Below, piece by piece: positions 1-9,822 of a stretch of DNA of 9,822 bases. The notes beneath the pieces are model-generated. The model saw nothing but the letters and a program-made list of their open reading frames with translations, was not told where the DNA came from and made no database searches. The stretch's first letter is position 1. Every line of letters starts with the position of its first letter. Position numbers and translations under genes: made by a program. This DNA is from Azolla caroliniana (taxonomy: Eukaryota; Plantae; Polypodiophyta): the NCBI GenBank assembly GCA_043228905.1, contig JBHGNT010001323.1, positions 1 to 9,822 on the forward strand, written 5' to 3'.

Positions 1-42
1 AATTTATTTGTATCTTCCATGAGGAGGTTAAATTTGGCATAC

Positions 43-186
43 AAGGCATGTAATTTTGTCAACTTAGACATTGATGGCAAAGGACTTGTGAGGGAATTGT
101 TATATAGATCCAACGATGTTAACTCCGTAAGACTTGCGAACGAATCACTCGGTAATGTTCCTCGTAGACCAAATTCTGACATATTC
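43..186 (-). CDS. LRR receptor exon 3: two LRR units, 144 bp
   Basis: Acceptor ttttag|G, peptide NMSEFGLRGTLPSDSFASLTELTSLDLYNNSLTSPLPSMSKLTKLHAL matching LxxLxLxxNxLxxxLP; donor TT|GTATGC; phase 2 at both ends. Confidence 0.93.
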
Positions 187-1003
187 CTAAAATTCAAATA
201 AACAAAAGTAGTCATGAAGATCACAATTACAACATTATTAATGTTAACAAGAATGTAATTAGCTCTACTCAAAATTACAAATAGACCATAAGCAGCACTT
301 ACGAGATGTGATTATCATTAAGAGAGCATAGTTAGCATTAGAAGGCATGAATAGTACATACTTAGCATTAGCAAACCAGAATTAGCGTTGAATTAGAGAT
401 TCATGGAAAATCAAGGAGAAATTACAGTGCTGTAACACGATTAAAGGAGGAGCATGTGACCCCGGTCCAATTACAAGGATTTGGGGCAGAACTTTCCCAA
501 GATGTTATAATTGAAGCTGAACCCCCAACCGCAGCTTTAATACTCAGGAGTGCTTGAACTGTAATTTATGTAAGCTATCAGTAGATTGAATGCCCTCAAC
601 AAGTTAAATGTAGCTAATGGGGTTAATAACGATGCAACTTTGAAGAGAACGTAATTAGGATTGAATGACGGATAAAATGGAGACAAAGTAGGGATCCGAA
701 TGGAAGAGAAAGTAAGAATCAAATTGAAGAATAATAACAGATGCGATGAAGTATAAATGAGGGAATGATGAATCAAATAAAGAGCAGTCACAGAATCTGC
801 AATAAAGAGTAGGAAAGTATGGAAATGAAACGAAATTGCGAAGAAAGATCATTGGTATCCAGAAACTTGTAATTACCTTCATTGTTTTGAGCTTTGACAT
901 GGGAATATTGGGGAAGAAGAATCTGAAGAAGCAGAAGAATGAAAGAGAAACACGCATAAATTGGTATGATCTTCATGATGTGGTGATCATGGGGTTTCAA
1001 CAT
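43..1003 (-). CDS. 5' part of a leucine-rich-repeat receptor(-like kinase) gene, exons join(877..1003, 426..558, 43..186); continues past the left window edge
   Basis: Manual splicing gives MLKPHDHHIMKIIPIYACFSFILLLLQILLPQYSHVKAQNNE/VQALLSIKAAVGGSASIITSWESSAPNPCNWTGVTCSSFNRVTAL/NMSEFGLRGTLPSDSFASLTELTSLDLYNNSLTSPLPSMSKLTKLHAL. This is a signal peptide, a plant LRR N-terminal cap (PCxWxGVTC) and plant-type LRRs. All junctions are GT-AG with matching phases. A kinase domain for this gene is not visible in the window. Confidence 0.92.
426..558 (-). CDS. LRR receptor exon 2: LRR N-terminal cap (LRRNT_2-like), 133 bp
   Basis: Acceptor ttacag|TT, peptide VQALLSIKAAVGGSASIITSWESSAPNPCNWTGVTCSSFNRVTAL, donor CT|GTAATT. 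Confidence 0.93.
877..1003 (-). CDS. LRR receptor exon 1: signal peptide (ATG at 1003, alternative ATG at 976)
   Basis: Hydrophobic core ACFSFILLLLQILL, likely cleavage after VKA; donor GAAG|GTAATT at 877/876 (phase 1). Confidence 0.85.
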
Positions 1004-1376
1004 GAATGAAGCAGGGTTTTTGTTTTGATTATTAAGAGATTTGGTTTAATTAACTTGGTTGAAGCTGATAATAAATGATTAGGCAGCTGTGCAGAAGAGG
1101 AAAGCAGTGATCAAACTTCGTAGGAACGTTCAAAACTACAAAAAACAAAACTCCACCATTGATTGATTGTTTGAGGACAAATCCCCACCATTGATTTGTA
1201 AATATGTAGGAAGACATCATCAGTTTATTCTTTGTGAGAATGGGTCTTCAGGCATGTCCCATCCATAATTTATGTCAGTGGATAAAGTAGGACTAATTCA
1301 ATACACTCCTTGGTCCTAAGTGACAAAAATGGACGATGTGATTGATATCTTTAATCGAATCGACTGGTTGTTAGAA

Positions 1377-1950
1377 GAAAAAATGGAAGGACATGAAAAA
1401 AATGAGATGGAGACCTAACCCAATGTGAGAACTTTGTCGGATATAATAATATACACAATCTTCTCATACAGTTACCACTCACAAACAGAAGAACACGGAT
1501 TCTGAATCTGATCCTTTGAACATAAAATGTCAAAAAGTTTTTTTTGTTGTCAATGTTTCTTGCTCTTGAACTTTGTATGTTATGTCAATGTTTGCCGATG
1601 GTGACTATGCAGACATACACATGAAGCTTTGAATTACATAAAGTTAGGAATTCAACTGATTTTAGGTAATCCAATCTTAATGTGGCACAACATGAAAGGT
1701 GCTATGAAAAAATGGAAGGACATGAAAAATGAGATGGAGACTGAACCCAATGTGAGAACTTTGTCGGATATATTCACTCTTCTCATACAGTTAGTTATTC
1801 AGAAACAGAAGAACACGGATTCTGATGATTGAACATAAAATGTCAAATGTTTGGTTTTTGTCAATGTTTCTTGCTCTTGAATTTTTCATTTGTCAATGTT
1901 TGCCGATGGTGACTATGCAGACATACACATGAAGCTTTCAATTACATAAA
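1377..1950. repeat. Diverged direct duplication, copies ~1377..1642 and ~1706..1950
   Basis: Shared blocks gaaaaaatggaaggacatgaaaaa, aacccaatgtgagaactttgtcggatata, aaacagaagaacacggattctga and tgtcaatgtttgccgatggtgactatgcagacatacacatgaagcttt, separated by small indels. Confidence 0.95.
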
Positions 1951-2552
1951 AGTATTTAAATGGTGTCGACTGTAATGTACTTTATACGTGATAATGATGC
2001 ACACACACATAGAGAGTAGGAATACGCTCCATGTTCCAACTATGTACAATCTTATGTCTTTCAGCGTGTCCCACTCATAATTAGCTTTATGACCCCAAAA
2101 TTTAAACACGATATTATCAAAGTCCAATGAATTAACCATACTACATTACATATTTTCTGAGTTTTTAGCAGAGTGGGCTTACCATTTTGATTATTGGTGT
2201 AGTAAATAGAGATGTAAGATGCGTAGGAAATGGACCAATTACTGGTGTGTGATGTGTTTCGTAAAACATATAATTGGAGGTGTCAATTATAATAGTTTAT
2301 AGTTAAATGCCTATTATAAGGTGTAACCTATCAACAAGTGTTCTCTGTTCTTCCGTATGTTTCTAGAGTTAGGGTTTGCATTGTAGGGGTATGCTTTATA
2401 TTCTAGAGTTCCATCTGTTTCTAGGTTTAGATTCTAGGGGGGAAAGTTAGGGTTGTCTAATTCTTTTGTTTTGTTCGTGACTTTTGTTAAAAGTTTATAG
2501 GGTTATTGTTCACTTTTGGACGGACGGATCAGACTCAATTGCTAAGTTTAAA

Positions 2553-2910
2553 GTTAGGGTTTGCACTATGTATATACTTTGTTTGCAGAATATCTTCCAT
2601 CCAATATCTGTTTCTAGGAAGGAAGGGGATCCCCTTTCTAAGGCTTATGATGGCACTGTTTACCTTTACTCATCTGTGTTTCGCTTGCTTCGTTCATTCT
2701 GCTACAGCCTAAAATGGCACACTCTCATCATGCATTCCATTTCTCACATCATCGTGAAAAAAACAGGCTTTCTTGATTGAAGTAAACATTGGTTAAAGTT
2801 TTTTTGTATTTTTCTGCAGAATATTAACCATACATTGTTTAAAGAAAATATTGACAAAGCTTCATCATTCTTCATTTCACTTGGTAGCATAATGTGTGCA
2901 CTCATTAGTC
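2553..2910. repeat. Left copy of a diverged direct repeat flanking the kinase fragment
   Basis: Shares gttagggtttgcac, actcatctgtgtttc, cacatcatcgtgaaaaaaacaggctttcttga, gaagtaaacattggttaaagtttt and ttcatcattcttcatttcact with 4229..4720. Confidence 0.9.
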
Positions 2911-2999
2911 AACATGCAGCTATAATAAGAAGTCCTAGGCACCTCCTACACATATGTCATACTATAAGTTCAATGTATGTAGTACCCTACCTAAAGGTA

Positions 3000-4214
3000 A
3001 TCAACAGGATACTTTGATCCAAGCCATGGATCAATGATAGCCCTCACATTCCCGTTCCATTTGAGCTTTCCATTCACCTGATCAAGATTGGAGGGGTTTA
3101 CATACAACCAATGTTCTTATCATACGTTTATTGTTTTTGTCTTTGGTCCTAAGCCTTGGCTAAATAATTACTAGTCTTCTTATGCCTTAATTGGTCATTT
3201 TATGTGAAAAAAGTCATTGCATGAGCTTTATAAGGTCTTATTTATTTAAGAAATGAGATCTAAAATCAAGTACCACTATAATAGAACACAACAATGCATA
3301 ACAATGGGCGCGGTTCCGTTCAGTTTCTTGGCCTTGAAACCAAACCAAATTGTTTTAATTTTATGAAGCCATTTAAATCGAACCGTTTATGAAAAATTTA
3401 GAACCAAACCAAATCAGTTTATCATAAATCAAAACCAAACTAAATTTATAAACCTATAAAGCTTTAAACCTTCAAAACTTTTAAACCTTTAAACCAAACC
3501 ACATAAGCCGAAACCGCTAAACCGTGAAATCAAAACCAAACCGAAACCGAAAAGCTGCTAAACCATGAAATTCAAAACCGAACCCAACCGAACCCAAACC
3601 GGATCATATTATTTGAAACCAAACCAAACGGTTTATTTATCTTTGAACCAATAAACCGAAGCCATGGCTTAACGGTTAGGTTAGGTTTGAGCCGAAACCG
3701 TGCCCATTGCTAACAATGCATATATCTGGAAATTTTCTTTACATGGAATTCATCTTCATTTGATTTTTTATGTTATAAGACATTAAGGTGTCTACTAGTT
3801 CAAATGCCATTACATATATTTTATACCTAATTTGAGTGACTAGAGAGCTCATATAGAATAAAAACAATGTAAGTGCATATATTTGTTTGAACGCTTCCTA
3901 AATACCATAAGTAAGACCTTACTCAAGCTTTAATTCACCCATGGTAATGTATTTTAAACATATGCTCATTGTAGCAACATCTACAATATATAACATCATG
4001 GAATCTTATGCATTGTATACAAATTACTCAGCAATTTTTGGAAACATCCTTAAATCACTTTAAAAAGAAAGGAAGGAAAGTTCAAAAGACAAGCTAATTA
4101 CCCAACCGACAAGATTATAATCCTCAATACGCTTCTGATCGATGGCAACTTGACCTGTGAGCAACTCAAGCAATACTACTCCATAGCCATACACATCACT
4201 GGCGGTGGTTAATT
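3000..4214 (-). pseudogene. Truncated RLK kinase paralog fragment: partial exon 4102..4214, intron, partial exon 3000..3077
   Basis: 4102..4214 encodes [37 protein letters not shown]|gt (matches exon 8353..8497). 3000..3077 encodes ag|VNGKLKWNGNVRAIIDPWLGSKYPVD and then runs into YL-stop (matches exon 7644..7793). Intron blocks also align (agcaatttttggaaacatccttaaat; tttgaacgcttccta). No upstream kinase subdomains or last exon found nearby. Confidence 0.93.
3299..3712. mobile_element. Non-autonomous hAT-type DNA transposon (MITE), 414 bp
   Basis: Imperfect TIRs TAACAATGGGCGCGGTTCCG (left) and TAGCAATGGGCACGGTTTCG (right, reverse complement); 8-bp TSD ACAATGCA at 3291..3298 and 3713..3720; interior rich in AAACC/AACCG motifs; absent from the paralogous intron 7794..8352. 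Confidence 0.9.
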
Positions 4215-4228
4215 CTCAAAGTTTTCTG

Positions 4229-4720
4229 GTTAGGGTTTGCACAATATACTTTCTTTTCAACATCTCTATCTGTTTCTATGGTCAGAATATACTTTCTTCT
4301 TGTCACTTCTTGGGTCCAGGCTTACTCATTTGTTTTCATTCCGGTTTTCCCTATCAATTTACTTTTGGTAAGCATGACTTCGTTTCCTCATTTCTCATAT
4401 CACAAACTTCTTTTTATGGGGTTAAGTTTTACCAATTTTTTATGCTTTTAGTTCTTCCAGTAAATGTACCTCTGCAAACACTCATCTGTGTTTCTCTTGG
4501 TTCTTTCTTCTAAAGCCTAAATGTCACTCATGCATTCCATTTTTCACATCATCGTGAAAAAAACAGGCTTTCTTGAAGTAAACATTGGTTAAAGTTTTGG
4601 TGTTTTTCTTCAAATATAATGATGCATTTAGGGTTTTATTGAAGTAATCTCTTTGTTTGAAGAAAGTATTGATAGTTTCATCATTCTTCATTTCACTCAT
4701 AGCTGTTTGCATCATCAGTC
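4229..4720. repeat. Right copy of the diverged direct repeat flanking the kinase fragment
   Basis: Colinear homology with 2553..2910, with extra internal sequence; begins about 15 bp from the exon breakpoint at 4214. Confidence 0.9.
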
Positions 4721-5051
4721 TCGTTGTTAGTGGATTAGGCGTTTTTTGTTTAAAGGAAACTTGGCTGACCTTAAGGATATTGTTAATTTTTGAGGGAATT
4801 TCTGCTAATTTGACCCTTTATTTTTCTGAAAGACAAAAATGAAAGTGATTTAAGTCCTTACTAGGAATCCAAATTTGAGATAAATAGGATAAAGATGCAC
4901 AAATGTAAATTTACAAGTTCTAGCTATTCATTTATATATACTATTCAGGTTTTGGTTCTAAGTTTATGTCAAATGCAAAAAGAAGCATTAATAGATATAT
5001 TTTTGTTGAAACTAACCACATTTATTATTTAAGTAATGGCAAATGCACCTT

Positions 5052-5081
5052 TCTCTCTCTCTCTCTCTCTGTCTCTCTCTC
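5052..5081. repeat. (TC)n microsatellite with one interruption
   Basis: tctctctctctctctctctgtctctctctc read directly. Confidence 0.95.
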
Positions 5082-5689
5082 AGTGTCTCTTCAACCATAA
5101 TCGATTTGCTAAAATTCTCTTCTCTTGAGTCTCTCCAACCCTTGGAGATATTTGACTCCTGTCTTTATTCTAAATATCTCATAGATTTGATCATTTTCAT
5201 GGCACTATTTTTCGTTATAGTTTTAAATGTGGGGTTTCTGGCTTTATATTAAGATTTGAATTGAGATTCATATTATTGCTTACATACTAAGATGTGGAAC
5301 AGCATACAAACAATTGCATGTGATACCTGCATATAAGAATAAATACACAGATGCATTTGTACATATATCCAGTCTTGTATGTATGCATAGGCATTCATAT
5401 ATTCAAGTTACTAGAAGTTTATAAAAAGGTTAAAAACATTATGGAAAATTGTTTCACATAAATTGTTAGAAGGCCAAGCTTTTGTTTTCAATTTTTGAGG
5501 TTAATGTGAAGTTTCTTGAGAAACATTTGTGCTTGTTTCAACATGTCTTTGTTCGATGGACATATGATTGTATCCATGTCATTGCAAAGTAAGTCTGCAG
5601 CTATATGGCAACAAGAAGAATTTTGATGTATGTGTTCTCAAAACATAATAAATGTGACCCATCGAATACCAGTTGGACTTGTATCTAAA

Positions 5690-6095
5690 GTCATGTAGAT
5701 GAGCATGTAGGAGGTTGGAGAAGGTTCGAGGAGAACATTGGACTTCCGATTATTTGCCTATACTATGTAGGCCCACACACGCTGCCAGAGTCTTTGTAGA
5801 ACTTTAAGTTGTGATCAAGAGGGGTCGAGATGGGCTTACACTCGGCTATGCGGAATTTATCAAGATACTTCATCTCAAACTTGATGATTTCGAGGATGTC
5901 TCTTCTAATCACTAGGGCATTGATATACAAGATGATAACGAGCAAGCCTTGTTGACTCCAAGCATACAGTGAGTTGTCCGATTTCAACACTTCGAAACAA
6001 ATTTGGTGAAGATATTGAAATCAGGTGCACTTTGGACTTGGTTCGAGGTGGTTGTAGCATGTACATTTCTCCTTCAAGCTCCTCATGGAGGAATA
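5690..6095 (-). mobile_element. Degenerate Ty1/copia LTR-retrotransposon reverse transcriptase relic
   Basis: Colinear peptides across frameshifts and stops: FLHEELEGEMYMLQP (cf. FLHGxLxExVYMxQP), KSDNSLY, LLVIILYINALVI (at the LYVDDL position), FEMKYL (cf. FEMKDLG), ECKPISTPLD, YRQIIGS...LIYMT. No LTRs recognised. Confidence 0.85.
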
Positions 6096-6913
6096 ACAAT
6101 ATCTAAGTATTCATTGATTGTATTAGCTCAAAGCGGCTAACTGGATATCAATCTCATTCCTCATGAACTACATAGTTTACACGGTTTATAATGAAGTGTG
6201 CTTTCACACACTTTGGTTTATACACACATGTGCGCATGTGTTGAGCTTATCTTTCAACAATATGCATATATGTGGCATGTTCTTATGATTGAATGAAATA
6301 AAAACCTTCACAAATTGGACCCTAACCATATGGATGATGATTGTCGTTCAAAATTAGAAATCAAGTGGTTGGAAGAATATAAAGAGGCCATTGCAAGTTT
6401 ATAAATGTGGGAACAATCCTTTAAAAAATGCATGCAATCTTATTTACCATTCATCTCTCGGTTGAAGGGCCAAGGCAGAGCAATTTGGACATTATATGAT
6501 TTTGTCAAACCTCTCCAAAACATCGAAAAATATGTATATTAACCTAGAGATTCATATGCTAGCATGGAAGTGCAGAGTGATATATTCAAAGTCTGGGAAC
6601 TAAATTAAGCCATCAACTCCAAAATATTGCATCAAGTAGGCCTTTCTCGAATGTATAATACTTGATCTCCACACCCCCCTCATGATACACCCTATATCAC
6701 ATTTTAATGACAAAATGTGTTTCAAGATCTTATGTTGTGGTGTGGAGCACACACGATCAACACTCATTTTTTATTAGCTTACATGCATAAGCATGAATAA
6801 ATATGTGAATAGATATGGTATATACCAATCTCTACTTTCACACAGATGAATGTGAATGTATATATATGATGCATGCATGCATGCATACTGTACATACACA
6901 ATGCATGCATGTC

Positions 6914-6990
6914 CATTGAAATCAACGTGGTTCTACTCCCAAACCATATGAATGTGTTATTTTGATCTCTTGCAAGTTGTTTGTGGTTTG
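6914..6990 (-). repeat. Second copy of the kinase C-terminal codons and stop, downstream of the real stop
   Basis: 6922..6990 reads QTTNNLQEIKITHSYGLGVEPR* versus QTTNSLNDIKIT--YVSEVEPR* at 7059..7121; cattgaaatcaacgtggttc is identical at 6914 and 7051. Confidence 0.9.
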
Positions 6991-7058
6991 AATATGAATG
7001 TATGGAGTATATGTATATACATCATGCATGCATTTTTCTGCATACAGGTTCATTGAAA

Positions 7059-9822
<2,764 letters not shown>

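Noticed and set aside
19-201. Plus-strand 60-aa ORF
   Set aside because: Antisense shadow of the LRR exon at 43..186.
327-371. cata(g/c)ttagcattag repeated at 30-bp spacing in an LRR-gene intron
   Set aside because: Small local duplication, too far from the acceptor to be a convincing branch point.
537-957. Hydrophobic minus-strand ORFs 537..791 and 655..957
   Set aside because: Mostly the T-rich first intron (559..876) of the LRR gene, read in non-coding frames.
1209-1832. Possible degenerate plus-strand coding frame (MDDVIDIFNRIDWLLEEK...) and ORF 1629..1832
   Set aside because: Stop density is close to what AT-rich DNA gives by chance, no recognisable domain, and the duplicate copies differ by frameshifting indels.
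3335-3690. AAACC-rich tract as interstitial telomere or CRISPR-like array
   Set aside because: Motifs are AAACCG/AAACCA, irregularly spaced, and lie inside the TIR-bounded MITE.
2553-4720. Flanking direct repeats as the LTR pair of a retrotransposon
   Set aside because: No TG...CA ends, PBS, PPT or TSD recognised, and the enclosed fragment retains its intron.
2484-4842. ORFs 2484..2780, 4205..4513, 4524..4715 and 4657..4842
   Set aside because: They lie in the non-coding direct repeats; reading frames are not conserved between copies.
6194-6240. Short inverted repeats (aagtgtg...cacactt; cacatg...catgtg)
   Set aside because: Arms of 6-7 bp are expected by chance in CA/TG-rich sequence; no adjacent Helitron-type CTRR end.
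6868-6910. CATGCATG arrays as RY cis-elements
   Set aside because: Located 3' of the gene and part of (TGCA)n simple repeats that are common across this region.

Overview
AT-rich eukaryotic (land-plant-type) genomic DNA containing what looks like a tandem cluster of receptor-like kinase (RLK) genes, all on the minus strand. Right end: the 3' half of an intact, 7-exon RD-type Ser/Thr RLK kinase gene, join(9533..>9820, 9387..9438, 9107..9195, 8569..8714, 8353..8497, 7644..7793, 7059..7235), about 348 aa visible, with GT-AG introns in compatible phases. Left end: the first three exons of an LRR receptor gene (signal peptide, 133-bp LRRNT exon, 144-bp two-LRR exon; 877..1003, 426..558, 43..186) that the ORF track mostly misses. 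Between them: a doubly truncated paralogous kinase fragment (3000..4214) whose intron carries a 414-bp hAT-type MITE with an 8-bp TSD, and which is bracketed by diverged direct repeats; a heavily deleted Ty1/copia RT relic (~5690..6095); a ~330-bp-period duplication upstream of the LRR gene; a second in-frame copy of the kinase C-terminal tail downstream of the stop; and microsatellites. I see no evidence of a wholly new biological system. The picture is birth-and-death evolution of an RLK cluster with several unusual local rearrangements. All alignments were done by eye.
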